Below, in pieces: positions 29,453 to 39,647 of a stretch of DNA of 64,000 bases; positions within the stretch are counted from its first letter, which is position 1, and each line of letters begins with the position of its first letter. The notes under the pieces are model-generated. The model was not told the DNA's origin and searched no databases. It saw only the letters and a list, made by a program, of their open reading frames with translations. The position numbers were made by a program, and so were the translations under genes. Source of the stretch: an uncultured Lentisphaeraceae bacterium (GTDB taxonomy: Bacteria > Verrucomicrobiota > Kiritimatiellia > RFP12 > DVOR01); NCBI GenBank assembly GCA_949282555.1, contig CASDPK010000021.1, positions 1,732 through 65,731 of the forward strand. The letters run 5' to 3'.

Positions 29453-31315
29453 TCACTCAATCTCGGCGATGGGCGAACCCTTCTGCACGTTCTCGCCGGC
29501 CTTCACGAGGAAGCGGACGATCTTGCAGTCTTCGGGGGCCTTCACCGGGTTGAAGAGCTTCATGGCCTCCAACACGCACACGGGCTGGCCGGCCTTGACG
29601 GTGGCGCCTTCCTCGACCATGTTCGGCTTGCCGGGGGCATCGGCGCGATAGAACGTGCCGGTGAGCGTGGCGTTGAGCGTCTTCTTCGGCGCGGCGGCGG
29701 GAGCCGGGGCGGCTTCCGCGGCAGTCGGGGCCGCCGTCGCGGCGGGGGCCGGGGCGGCGGCAAGCGCTGAGGCGTCCACCTTCAGGTTTCCGCCCAGCGA
29801 GCCGAAGAGCGCCACAAACTGGCGGCCGATGGCGGCGAAGCGCGCATCATCCGCGCTGAGCGGGGCCGGAGCAGGGGCTTCGGCGGCCTTCTTGGCCTCA
29901 GCGGCGGCCTTGGCCACGGTCATTTCCGTGTCGGCGGGGATGGGATCGCGCTCACCCTCGGGCTTGGCGCGCCACTGGAAGTAATCCAGCGCCACGGCGG
30001 GGAACATGCAATAAGAAAGGATATCCTCCTCGCTCTGCACCAGCTTGGGGTCCAGCTCCTTGGCGGCCTGAGCCAAGCCGGGCTTCAACAGGTCGGCCGG
30101 GCGGCAGGTGATCTTCTTCTCCTTGCCGAGGATCTTCTTCTCGAGCTTCGGGTCCACCGGTGCGGGCGAACGGCCATAGTAGCCGGCGACATACTGGCGG
30201 GTCTCATTGGACACCATCGAGTAGCGCTCACCGGAAAGGACGTTGAGCACCGCCTGCACCCCCATGATCTGCGAGGTGGGCGTGACGAGCGGCGGATAGC
30301 CCATGTCCTTGCGCACGCGCGGGAGCTCCTCCAGCACCTCAGGGAGGCGGTCAAGCGCGCCCTGCTGGGCCAGCTGACTGCGGGTGTTGGAAATCATGCC
30401 GCCGGGGATGTGGTGCAGCAACACCTGCACGTCCACGGCCTCGGCGCCGGCGTTGGCCTTGAGGGCGCGCTGGGGCTTGAGCGCCTTGAAATAGTTGTCG
30501 ATCTCGGTGAGGCGTTCGGCCTTGAGGCCGGTCTCGTAGCCAAGGCCCTCAAAGATGGCCTTCATCGTGCCATGCGCCGGCTGGGAAGAGAAGCCGGAGA
30601 GCGTCGCCACCGCGCAGTCCACCGCGCCCGCGCCCGCCTCCACGGCCGCCATGTACATGGCCGGGGCCATGCCGCTGGTCATGTGCGAGTGCACCTCGAT
30701 GGGCAGATCGGGCAACGCCTTCTTCAACCCCGCGATGAGCTCACGCGCGGCCGAAGGCGTCAAAATGCCGGCCATGTCCTTGATCGCCAGCGAGTCAATG
30801 CCCAGCTCCACCTGCTCCTTGGCGAACTTCACGTAATTCGCCACCGTGTGCACGGGCGAGAAGGTGTAGCAAATGGTGCCCTGCGCGTGCCCGCCATACT
30901 TCTTCACCGCGCGGATCGCGGCCTCAAGGTTGCGGACGTCGTTCAGCGCGTCAAAGCAACGGAAGATGTCCATCCCGTTCTCGCACATCTTCGCCACGCA
31001 ACGCTCCAGCACATCGTCCGGATAGTGCTTGTAGCCCAAGCAGTTCTGCCCGCGCAACAACATCTGGAGCGGCGTCTTTTTGCACACGGCCTTGATCTGG
31101 CGCAGACGCTCCCACGGATCTTCGCGCAGGAAGCGCATGCAGACGTCGAACGTCGCCCCGCCCCAGCACTCGATCGCGTAAAAGCCCGCATCATCCACCG
31201 CCTCCAGGATGCCCAGGATGTCCTTCGTGCGCATCCGGGTGGCCCAGAGCGACTGATGCGCGTCGCGCAGGGAGGTATCGACGAAACGAACCGTCTTCTT
31301 TTCAGCTTTGGCCAT
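29453..31315 (-). CDS. Oxaloacetate decarboxylase alpha / pyruvate carboxylase subunit B with biotinyl domain
   Basis: DTSLRDAHQSL, ECWGGATFD, IKDMAG, YPPLVTPTSQI, EAMKL biotin site. Confidence 0.92.
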   Translation of the reverse strand: MAKAEKKTVRFVDTSLRDAHQSLWATRMRTKDILGILEAVDDAGFYAIECWGGATFDVCMRFLREDPWERLRQIKAVCKKTPLQMLLRGQNCLGYKHYPDDVLERCVAKMCENGMDIFRCFDALNDVRNLEAAIRAVKKYGGHAQGTICYTFSPVHTVANYVKFAKEQVELGIDSLAIKDMAGILTPSAARELIAGLKKALPDLPIEVHSHMTSGMAPAMYMAAVEAGAGAVDCAVATLSGFSSQPAHGTMKAIFEGLGYETGLKAERLTEIDNYFKALKPQRALKANAGAEAVDVQVLLHHIPGGMISNTRSQLAQQGALDRLPEVLEELPRVRKDMGYPPLVTPTSQIMGVQAVLNVLSGERYSMVSNETRQYVAGYYGRSPAPVDPKLEKKILGKEKKITCRPADLLKPGLAQAAKELDPKLVQSEEDILSYCMFPAVALDYFQWRAKPEGERDPIPADTEMTVAKAAAEAKKAAEAPAPAPLSADDARFAAIGRQFVALFGSLGGNLKVDASALAAAPAPAATAAPTAAEAAPAPAAAPKKTLNATLTGTFYRADAPGKPNMVEEGATVKAGQPVCVLEAMKLFNPVKAPEDCKIVRFLVKAGENVQKGSPIAEIE

Positions 31316-31445
31316 GAACGTGTTTCCTTTCGGGATGTTCGATTGAAATTGGCACAGGATACTCCAAAACGCTGTCCATTATCCCACGTCCCCGCCCCGC
31401 GGTCAAGTCGTTGAACATGACAGGGTAACGCTGAAGGGCGACGGC

Positions 31446-34400
31446 CTACTCCATCTCGACGGCCACGCGGAAGAACCGGCTCTCAGCGGTGGCGGGGAGC
31501 CATTCCGGGTCGGAAAGAGACGTCTTCCCAAGAAGGGTGTAGGCACGCCCCGGGATCTTCTCCCACGTGATGTCGGCCACGTCTCCCTCCTTGGGGATGA
31601 TGGAGGTAATGCGCAGGGCGCTGGTGGCATCGGTGGGGTCGGTTCCGGCGACGTATTCCTCCCAGTTCAGGAAACCATCCCCATCGGAATCCTCCTCCGC
31701 CTTGAGGCGTTGTTTGGCCTCGGTATTCTCGGTGGGGAAGTAGGAGGAGATCCAGCCCAACGGCATGGAGCCTTTGTCAGAGCCCAACGTGACGCCGAGC
31801 GGTTTCACCGTCACGGTTTTGTCACTGCCACTGAGATAGGTATAGGAGCCTGAACCCGTTCGGCGAGCGAAGAAGCGTAAGGCAAGGGCACCAGGAGTCA
31901 CATCGCGCGCCAAAGGATAGAGGTAACCATAGCGCCATGCTGTATTGTCCACAGCAGAGATGGCAACCTCTGCCTTAGAAAGATCCGTGACGGTCTGCCA
32001 TGGTCTTCCATGAACCTCTGCATAGAAGGCAACATTGCTCACTCGTAGGACAGTTCCTGGATAGGCGACCATCGGCGAAAGCGTCCATTTCGCCGGCCAA
32101 AGGCGCATGACCGGGTAAAGCGTGAGGGTCTTGGTGGCAGTCTTACCACAAGCCTCCGCCGTGATCCTCAAGGTAGCGGCATAGAAGCGGGAGGTTTTCG
32201 GCACAAGGCGACCGAGGGCGTCCACCTCCACCTCAACGGAAGTGACCCCATTATTGGAACTTACCGAGGTGCTGACGACACTCCACGTGGGGAGGATGTC
32301 GATGGTTCTTCCATCCGCCAGCGTAGCCGTACACGTCAGGCATGTTTCGGGATCATCCTCTAGATCCACGACATTCGGGGCCACGATGGCGAGACTCCGA
32401 ACATCGTCTTCCGAGACCACTGAGACGGATTGATTCGCACGAACGCTTTGGTTCCAAAGAATCCCGGCGACCTGCACAGTGATGTCGCCAGTGGCCCTAG
32501 GCGTCAAAAGCCCTTCTTCGGAAATGTCCGCAACCGTTCCAGACACGAGGCCCCACACCAACGATTCCCCCACGTCCGCCTCAACACCGTCGGAGAAAAG
32601 GGCCACTGCGGAATAGACAGTGGGAGAAAGAATAGCCTCCGGACCAACAATGCGAACCTCACTTATGGTGACTCGAGGGAGTTTGGCATGGCCAACGGCA
32701 ACAACGTTCGCCACCTTATTGGTGTAAGAACCCCTGTCTTGGGCGAGGGCAGCATTGCCAAACCAACCCTTCTTGGGGGCGAAGGCCCTAGGGTCAAAGG
32801 CTCCGTATTGCGGGCTGCCACCCGCCATCCCGGAAGTGTCTGTGTCGATATTGCAATAGTAGAGCACGTAACGCTCTGTGAAATCCGTTCCCATGTCACG
32901 GAGCTGGCCCTTCACCGAAGACGTGGGGCCACACCAATCCGCCCCACTGAGCACGAAGAGCGCCTTGCCTGTGCGCAACGCCTCGGCGCGCGCCTCGGCG
33001 GCGTCGGTATGGATTCGGAAGGGCGCCTCCCCGGAGAGCGCGAAGTCGATCGGGCCGGGCAATTGTGGGCAAAGGGTCGCCGCAGCGATGGGTGTTTGTT
33101 CTTTCGCCTTTGTGCCGATGGGAATATTCGCGGAAAGCCCTCCTACTGAGACCTGACGGTCGCCAAGGAGCCATTCGGCACTTGCCCGCCGTCCATATTC
33201 TCCAAAGACGCCCGTCCGGAAGGAAACGGAGCCAAGACGCCCAGGAACACAGGATTCGCCCCAACCATCGCCCCATGTGGCACATCCATAGACGGGCACC
33301 ACGTCAGCCGTAGGGCCAACCATTGTCACCACAGAATTGATTGTCGTGTACCCTCCGACTGCCGGCAAAGCGTACCATGCGTCGTCCATCCCACCCCACC
33401 CCATGAAAATGCGGGTGTAGGGTGCTCCCGCGTCGTCCTCCCCATAGCCCACGGCCAAAACCGCGTGTCCTCCGTTGCCGGAAAGGCTAAGGACCACGGG
33501 CGCCTCACACCGCGTCTGCGCGTAGATGAGTTTCTCATAATGTTCGGGAGTGACGTTATGGACCGCCCGTGCCGATTTCAAGCCGAAATCATTACGCAAC
33601 ACGTCGGCCAACATGGTGGTGACGGCTCCCGAACCGTTGGCGGTGTATGCCATGTTCACACAGACACCGACATCGTAGACCACGCGGCCCATGAGCTCTT
33701 TGGCCGCCTCGCTGAGTTCAATGCCTTTGAGCCATTTCCGCGGAAGGAGCGACCAATCGTAAGCACCGCCAAGGGTCGTCAGGTTTCGCGTCACGCCGTC
33801 CACCTTGCACGCGCGGGTGACGCCCGTCGGGCCTTGGGCAACGCGGAAATAGTGTAAGACAGCCGCACCCGCCACGGCCACGCACCCGGCGGGATAATGA
33901 TTCGGCGTGTAACGGTCGTAGAGCTCACCGGAAGGCAACGAGACAAAACTGTTCCAGTTGTTTTGGTTCCAATGCGTTGTGCGGCGCTGGCACCAATCGT
34001 ACGGGAAGGAATAGACCCGTGCGGGATGTCCGGAAGCCTCCAAGGCAAAAGTCTGAAGGACACGCTCTCCCAAGAGATCGTCCCAGCGAGCTTCCGCTTC
34101 AGCGGCGGCCTCCTCAACGTCAGCCGAGACCGCCTTGCGGGCGGTGGACGAGGGCGCCACCGCCGCCAAGCGTGACGAAAGATCCGCCTGTAGCAGGTCA
34201 ACGAGCGGATGCCCCGCCGGGATGTCGGCGCCCTCGGCCTCCGGCACGGCGGCGATCACCGGCGGCAGGCGGGTGTCGCCCGCCACCACCAAAAGCCCCG
34301 CCTCTTCCATCGGCACCTTCCAGTAAAGTGTTGCACCCGAAGCCGAAGCGACAGCCACCGGCTCCCCGGCATGGGCAATCTTCCCCGACAGGGCTCCATT

Positions 34401-34517
34401 GCGTGCGCACCACGCCTCTGCCACACGAACGGCCTCTTGCGGCGTCACTTCACGCGCAAACGAAAATTGCCCCACAATGGCTCCGGCAATCAACGCCACG
34501 ACGACTCTCAAATTCAT
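31446..34517 (-). CDS. Secreted C10 (streptopain-like) cysteine peptidase with thioredoxin-like, Ig-like and C-terminal DxDxDG domains
   Basis: Signal peptide; HWNQ, PAGCVAVA (Cys), GGHAVLAVGY (His), MGWGG; GADWCGPT; DSDGDGFLNWEEYVAGTDP..SRFFRV. Confidence 0.85.
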   Translation of the reverse strand: MNLRVVVALIAGAIVGQFSFAREVTPQEAVRVAEAWCARNGALSGKIAHAGEPVAVASASGATLYWKVPMEEAGLLVVAGDTRLPPVIAAVPEAEGADIPAGHPLVDLLQADLSSRLAAVAPSSTARKAVSADVEEAAAEAEARWDDLLGERVLQTFALEASGHPARVYSFPYDWCQRRTTHWNQNNWNSFVSLPSGELYDRYTPNHYPAGCVAVAGAAVLHYFRVAQGPTGVTRACKVDGVTRNLTTLGGAYDWSLLPRKWLKGIELSEAAKELMGRVVYDVGVCVNMAYTANGSGAVTTMLADVLRNDFGLKSARAVHNVTPEHYEKLIYAQTRCEAPVVLSLSGNGGHAVLAVGYGEDDAGAPYTRIFMGWGGMDDAWYALPAVGGYTTINSVVTMVGPTADVVPVYGCATWGDGWGESCVPGRLGSVSFRTGVFGEYGRRASAEWLLGDRQVSVGGLSANIPIGTKAKEQTPIAAATLCPQLPGPIDFALSGEAPFRIHTDAAEARAEALRTGKALFVLSGADWCGPTSSVKGQLRDMGTDFTERYVLYYCNIDTDTSGMAGGSPQYGAFDPRAFAPKKGWFGNAALAQDRGSYTNKVANVVAVGHAKLPRVTISEVRIVGPEAILSPTVYSAVALFSDGVEADVGESLVWGLVSGTVADISEEGLLTPRATGDITVQVAGILWNQSVRANQSVSVVSEDDVRSLAIVAPNVVDLEDDPETCLTCTATLADGRTIDILPTWSVVSTSVSSNNGVTSVEVEVDALGRLVPKTSRFYAATLRITAEACGKTATKTLTLYPVMRLWPAKWTLSPMVAYPGTVLRVSNVAFYAEVHGRPWQTVTDLSKAEVAISAVDNTAWRYGYLYPLARDVTPGALALRFFARRTGSGSYTYLSGSDKTVTVKPLGVTLGSDKGSMPLGWISSYFPTENTEAKQRLKAEEDSDGDGFLNWEEYVAGTDPTDATSALRITSIIPKEGDVADITWEKIPGRAYTLLGKTSLSDPEWLPATAESRFFRVAVEME

Positions 34518-34783
34518 TTTGCGACCCTCACATTTGGAGCACTCGGTCAACGCCTCCGCCATGCTCCGATTTGGCGCTATTGTACCATACTTCCCCTTCT
34601 GCCATCGCAAATCAATTGCACGACGACTCAACGCAGCCGATCCAAAGAGACGACTCACTCATCCACAGTCAAAAGCCACCTTAACAAACGACCCTTTGCC
34701 GCGACATCGGCACGTTGCCAAGCGATCGCCCCTTTATGTCCGCGGGAACGATCCTAAGGCGAATGGGCCTCCATCGAAAGGCT

Positions 34784-34849
34784 CCGTATCCCGAGGGGAG
34801 AGACTCCGTATCCCGAGGCGGGATGCGCTGCACGCCAAATCGGCAGACC
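34784..34849. repeat. 22-bp-period CCGTATCCCGAGG repeat
   Basis: ccgtatcccgaggggagagact / ccgtatcccgaggcgggatgcg / degenerate third unit. Confidence 0.75.
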
Positions 34850-34858
34850 GTAGGGGAC

Positions 34859-34890
34859 AAAAACGGCATCCCCGAAGTGGGGATGCCGAA
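34859..34890 (-). terminator. Intrinsic terminator of the alcohol dehydrogenase gene
   Basis: cggcatcccc-gaagt-ggggatgccg stem with TTTTT on the minus strand. Confidence 0.8.
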
Positions 34891-34918
34891 GGCGTGGCCG
34901 TGAAGGCGAGCGCGTCCC

Positions 34919-36097
34919 TTACCAGTTGATGGCGGCAGGGGTGCCGTTGTAGGCGGCCTTGAGGATGCGCTTGAGGTCGGCGGCCGAGGTCTTGCGGGGG
35001 TTGGCGCCGGTGCAGGGGTCGAGCTTCGCGTTCTTGGCGATGAAGTCGAGGTGCTGATCGAAGACTTCCTGGGAGACGCCGGCGGCTTCGAGGGTCGGCG
35101 GGATGTCGAGGGAGTCGTTGATGGCGCAGATCTTGTCGATGAGCACGTTGACGAGCTGGCGATCCGTGGCGCCGGGAAGGCCGAGGGCGCGGGCGATGTC
35201 GGCATAGCGCGCTTCGCAGGCCTTGCGGTTGAACTGGATGACGTAGGGCTGGAGGATGGCGTTGCAGAGGCCGTGGGGGAGGTGGAACTGCGCGCCGATC
35301 TTGTGGGCGATGGAGTGCGTGATGCCGAGGAGGGCGTTGGAGAAGGCCATGCCGGCGAGGCACTGGGCGATGTGCATCCGCCCGCGGGCGGCCATGTCGC
35401 CGTTGTAGGAGGCGATGAGGTCGTCATCGATCATCTGGATGGCCTTGATGGCGAGCGGGTCGGAGAAGTCGCTGTGCAGGGCGGCGACGTAGGCCTCAAT
35501 GGCGTGGGTGAGGGCGTCGAGGCCGGTGTGGGCGGTGAGTTTGGGGGGCATGGTCTCGGCGAGGTCGGAATCCACCACCGCGATGTCGGGGGTGATCTCG
35601 AAGTCGGCGAGCGGATACTTCACCTTGGTGGAATAGTCGGTGATCACGGAGAAGGCGGTGACCTCGGTGGCGGTGCCGGAGGTGGAGGGAATGGCCACGA
35701 AGATGGCCTTCTGGCGGAGCACCGGCAGGGTGAAGGGCTCCTTGATGTCGTCGAAGGTCTTTTCGGGGTATTCGTAGAAGACCCACATGGCCTTGGCGGC
35801 GTCGATGGGGGAGCCGCCGCCGATGGCGACGATGACGTCGGGCCCAAATTCGCGCATGGCCTTGGCGCCCTTCATCACGGTTTCGACGGAGGGATCGGGC
35901 TCCACGCCCTCAAAGTGCTTGACCTTGAGTCCGGCGTCCTTGAGGATCTTGTCAAGGCGATCCAGCGCTCCGCTCTTCTTCATGGAGGAGCCGCCGGTGA
36001 CGACCATCGCGCGCTTGTGGGTTTTGCCGAGGACGGCGAGTTCCTTCATCGCGCCGGGGCCGAAGTAAAGATCACGGGGAAGGGTGAAACGTGCCAT
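34919..36097 (-). CDS. Iron-containing alcohol dehydrogenase (butanol dehydrogenase-like)
   Basis: GGGSPIDAAK, PSTSGTATEVT, DALTHAIEA, HSIAH, PHGLCNA. Confidence 0.93.
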   Translation of the reverse strand: MARFTLPRDLYFGPGAMKELAVLGKTHKRAMVVTGGSSMKKSGALDRLDKILKDAGLKVKHFEGVEPDPSVETVMKGAKAMREFGPDVIVAIGGGSPIDAAKAMWVFYEYPEKTFDDIKEPFTLPVLRQKAIFVAIPSTSGTATEVTAFSVITDYSTKVKYPLADFEITPDIAVVDSDLAETMPPKLTAHTGLDALTHAIEAYVAALHSDFSDPLAIKAIQMIDDDLIASYNGDMAARGRMHIAQCLAGMAFSNALLGITHSIAHKIGAQFHLPHGLCNAILQPYVIQFNRKACEARYADIARALGLPGATDRQLVNVLIDKICAINDSLDIPPTLEAAGVSQEVFDQHLDFIAKNAKLDPCTGANPRKTSAADLKRILKAAYNGTPAAINW

Positions 36098-36291
36098 TGC
36101 TGTGTTCCTTTCGCTGTCGCGTGGGGAAGCCCCAACGCTCGGGACACAGTGTAGCGCAAACGCCCGCGGGGCGCAATCGCACGACGGCTTTGAATGGCGA
36201 TTTCATCGTGGCGATCCCCTACCCTTTGGCGTCTTCCCGCCAAATGCCTACGCAAAGTTTCTCCCCAAACACGCCCTAACATCATGCCACT

Positions 36292-37086
36292 TCAATCCTC
36301 AACCGCGAAATGTTTTTTGGCATGGTCCGCCTTTTCAGAAATTATCACCCGATTCAAAGCGATAAGAAGTTTTATCGCTTCCTTGGCTTCAATCGAGAAA
36401 TGATTTTTTAAATATTGGAGCATAATTCCATCCAATACTGGCAAGGAACATACTTTTTCCCATGTCTCCTTAGCGGTGGAATTGGGAAGACTTGAGGTGT
36501 CGACTTCGTTCAACCTCCGAAGCACCAACGCGTTAGATTTAAAAAACGGATTGTTGTCTGAATCCAATATATATTCATTTCCAAGAACACTTCTGGCTTC
36601 TTCACAAGCGATGCCCTCTCTTATCTTTGGTAGGCAAACTGTCACTTTAAGAGCCGGGATGAATGTGTTAGACGAATTATTGACTCGTTTACTATCTGGA
36701 TCTCCCAAAAAAAATTCCTCTTGGCAATCTCGTTCATTTAAGAAGGTTGTCACATAACTAATATTCACAGGATAAGTGCCATTTGCAAATACCAAAACGA
36801 CTGGACTCAAGGAAATACCATCGCCCCTTATGCCCTGTGGGATATTGTCGACAAAACCTTCATTTGTTGGCCGTAATAACGTCAATCGATGAGGGACACC
36901 GGATTCCCACCAAACCTTTTTCGTCCTCCTCGTAAAAACGAAAACCGAAATATCCTTTGGAGGTATTTTTTGCCCAGAAGTTGTGTAACAGTCCAGTCGA
37001 ATTGGACGATATGTAACATTCATACACCCCACGCACAATAAACACAAAATCAACATGGCATGACTTATACTTCTCATTGTTCTCAT
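36292..37086 (-). CDS. Lipoprotein, putative immunity protein for the lipase-like Rhs toxin
   Basis: Lipobox LCVGC; AT-rich; ATG would overlap the toxin's native TGA if the IS is removed. Confidence 0.7.
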   Translation of the reverse strand: MRTMRSISHAMLILCLLCVGCMNVTYRPIRLDCYTTSGQKIPPKDISVFVFTRRTKKVWWESGVPHRLTLLRPTNEGFVDNIPQGIRGDGISLSPVVLVFANGTYPVNISYVTTFLNERDCQEEFFLGDPDSKRVNNSSNTFIPALKVTVCLPKIREGIACEEARSVLGNEYILDSDNNPFFKSNALVLRRLNEVDTSSLPNSTAKETWEKVCSLPVLDGIMLQYLKNHFSIEAKEAIKLLIALNRVIISEKADHAKKHFAVED

Positions 37087-38185
37087 TTCCTGTTCTTGAT
37101 TTGTAGAATGTCAATAGATTTGCGCAGAGCGTTTGGGAAGAGTTGTAAAATACGCATGGGTTAGGAGACCTTTTTTGGGGAGTGTGGGTAGTGGACGATG
37201 TGGAGAAGTTGGTGGATTTGGGGCAGTAGAGGCGCAGGAGGCGATTGTGGCGTTCAATGGAGCCTTTCTCCCAAGCACTGTAGGGATGGCAGTAGTAGAT
37301 GGGGACTTGGAGGAGAGTTTCAAGTATGTCTTCATGGAGAAACTCTGAACCATTATCGGTGAGCATCGTCTTAAGTTCATGGCCGTTGGCGCGAAGGTCG
37401 CGACGAAAACGATGAAGCGCGGAGGTCACGGAGGCTTGAGAAATGGTTGGAAGGGCGTACATATAGAAGCGGCGGGGTGCTGTCGGATTGCCATAGTGGG
37501 GGTCGACAAGGGTGAGGATGCCACCGCGGCCACCGGAAGAATGGACGGTGTCCATCTGGAAATGTCCGGGTTCGGTGTGATGGCGCGCGGCAGGAGGGAG
37601 GTCGTCGATCATGTGCTTGGGGGCGTGGTTGCGAGGGACATCGGTGGAGGCGGGCTTGTGTTGGTTTTTCTTGTAACGCTTGTGGTTGAGAGGTTTGCCG
37701 TGTGCATCCCGAAGTTCGCCTTTGTCCATCAGGCGATAGACGGTGCTGCGACTGGGGAGATACGCGTTGGGCGAAGCCTCATGAAGCACCTTCAATGCGT
37801 AGGTGACGCTTTTCGTTTTTTCATATACCTTTGCAAAGTCTCGAACAAAGAAGTTTGAGACCTTGCCGCGGGGTCCTTTGTTGGCGTTGCGTCTTCGGGT
37901 CTCTTCCATGGCAAACCCCGGGTTTAGGTCGAAGTACTCCCACCGTTTTTGGTCGGGAAGATACCACGTCAACCGATCGGCGGTGGTTCCTTTTTTGAGG
38001 ATGTATCTCACGGTTGAGGGTTTCTCTCCGATTGCTCGTGCGAACGCCCTGACAGAGGGCCTGGCAACGGATTTCCGATACGTGTTCCAACACCTGATGC
38101 ACGCCTCCACGTCGGCTTTTCCGTTTTTGCGAATGTACGATTCTTGCGTTCGTTGCCTGCCAGAAGAAGTGATAGACTGTTGCAC
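36860..38185 (-). pseudogene. IS30-family transposase with damaged C-terminus (frame reads out of the element)
   Basis: PGHFQMDTV, TDNGSEF, YCHPYSAWEKGSIERHNRLLR; expected terminal helix not seen; no stop codon inside the IS. Confidence 0.75.
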
Positions 38186-38337
38186 GTCGTCGGTTCCTTT
38201 TTTGTGTGCGGCACATAGTGTGCCAAGAAAGGCCGACGACGTTTTTGTTTTTGGGCCGCGCCGCCCCCTAGGGGGCGCCCCCTCCGGGGGGCAGGAGGAC
38301 GGGCTACGCCCCTCCCAATTACATTGTGGACGATTCA
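37102..38337 (-). mobile_element. IS30-family insertion sequence flanked by a 13-15 bp direct repeat
   Basis: TG...CA ends; cctgttcttgatt(tg) at 37089 and 38338; internal DDE transposase. Confidence 0.85.
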
Positions 38338-39642
38338 CCTGTTCTTGATTTGCGCATCAAGATGATTCCAAATATTCGTTATCATACCTTCCGCATTTTC
38401 ATGCCGCGCGGACGTTGATAGATTGATGGTCGCACCTGATTCTTTCCCCCATTTACCACCCATCGAGGCGACCCAATCAGAAGCATTTTTCTCGAATGAG
38501 ATCCATCCTAATGTTCCGCCAACAATTGTGGTTAATCCTGGAACTCCTGATGCAATGTCACCCACCCCTTTAGGAACATAAATATTAATCCACACATCCG
38601 TATCTTTAAGCGATGGGGCGGACGAAAGCGCCCCAACTGGATCAAGTGTGATTAACAGATCCAAACCGCGATTCTCATTTTCGTTTATAAAACCAAGCAC
38701 TTCAGCTGCCGTTGCCCCCCCGAGACTATGTCCTATTATGACAAGTCGAGTACAATTACATTTTTTTAGATATGAATTTATTTCCTCTGCAATCTGTTGA
38801 CTGTTCTCTTTGCAGAATCGCCAATAGTAATAGGCAATCTTTGCGTCTGGGTAACGTTTGGCTATTACGTCATACACATCTTTCCCTACTCGTTCATGAT
38901 TTTCATCTCCAAACCCTCCGATAAGAATTACCAAAGCTGGAGGGCAGTCATCTTTGGATTTGGGCGGAGATCCGAGAGGCATTTCCTCTCTTAGCCCAAG
39001 AATATCGATGCACGAAACCGAATTGTTCGAACAAAACAAATACGTCTCAGGGAACAGACAATCCCGTCCGCTCCAACGTCCAAATATTGGCAAATAATGC
39101 CTAAAGTTATAGTAAAAAAGTCCAAGTTTCTCATCAAGCATTTCAGAGGAAAAGCGATAGGGATTGTCAGACCCCGAGGAGGCGGTAGGGGAGCCGCAAG
39201 GGGTGTAATCGTAATGGACAACGCTTCCTTGAAGATCCACGAGGTCGGAGACGTTTTTGTTACCGTCGTGGAAATAGTAGGAAAGGGTTCCGGAAACTGG
39301 CTGGAAGACGAGTGGGCGGGTAGCGATGGGTTCGGTGGGATCCCACACGTAGGAGTGGAAGAGGGCGTTGTCGGTGCCACGAAGTTGCTGGATGCAGAGG
39401 TAGTTGTCGTAGACAAAACGTTGGAGGGTTTCTTCGCCATCCTTCACTGTGCGCATTTCGACACGGCGGCCCATGCGGTCGAAGGCCATGGTGATCACGG
39501 TGTCGCCGGATTCCCAACGGATGGGGCGGTTTTCGGCATTGTAGGAGACTGACCAAATGCCGGTTTCGGTCTTGATGAGGGTTTGATTTCCTATCTCACT
39601 CATGCTCATGGGCACATGTATTCTGATATCGCCGTAGAGCAT
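38335..39642 (-). CDS. Orphan Rhs core fragment + alpha/beta-hydrolase (lipase-like) toxin tip
   Basis: WDPTEPIATRPL, YYNFRHY, DILGL junction at about 39000; GHSLG, LITLDPVG, distal His. Confidence 0.85.
   Translation of the reverse strand: MLYGDIRIHVPMSMSEIGNQTLIKTETGIWSVSYNAENRPIRWESGDTVITMAFDRMGRRVEMRTVKDGEETLQRFVYDNYLCIQQLRGTDNALFHSYVWDPTEPIATRPLVFQPVSGTLSYYFHDGNKNVSDLVDLQGSVVHYDYTPCGSPTASSGSDNPYRFSSEMLDEKLGLFYYNFRHYLPIFGRWSGRDCLFPETYLFCSNNSVSCIDILGLREEMPLGSPPKSKDDCPPALVILIGGFGDENHERVGKDVYDVIAKRYPDAKIAYYYWRFCKENSQQIAEEINSYLKKCNCTRLVIIGHSLGGATAAEVLGFINENENRGLDLLITLDPVGALSSAPSLKDTDVWINIYVPKGVGDIASGVPGLTTIVGGTLGWISFEKNASDWVASMGGKWGKESGATINLSTSARHENAEGMITNIWNHLDAQIKNR
39592..39624 (-). repeat. 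33-bp in-frame hairpin insert, degenerate copy
   Basis: agaatacatgtgcccatgagcatgagtgagata; six transitions relative to the 43972 copy. Confidence 0.8.
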
Positions 39643-39647
39643 CAGCG

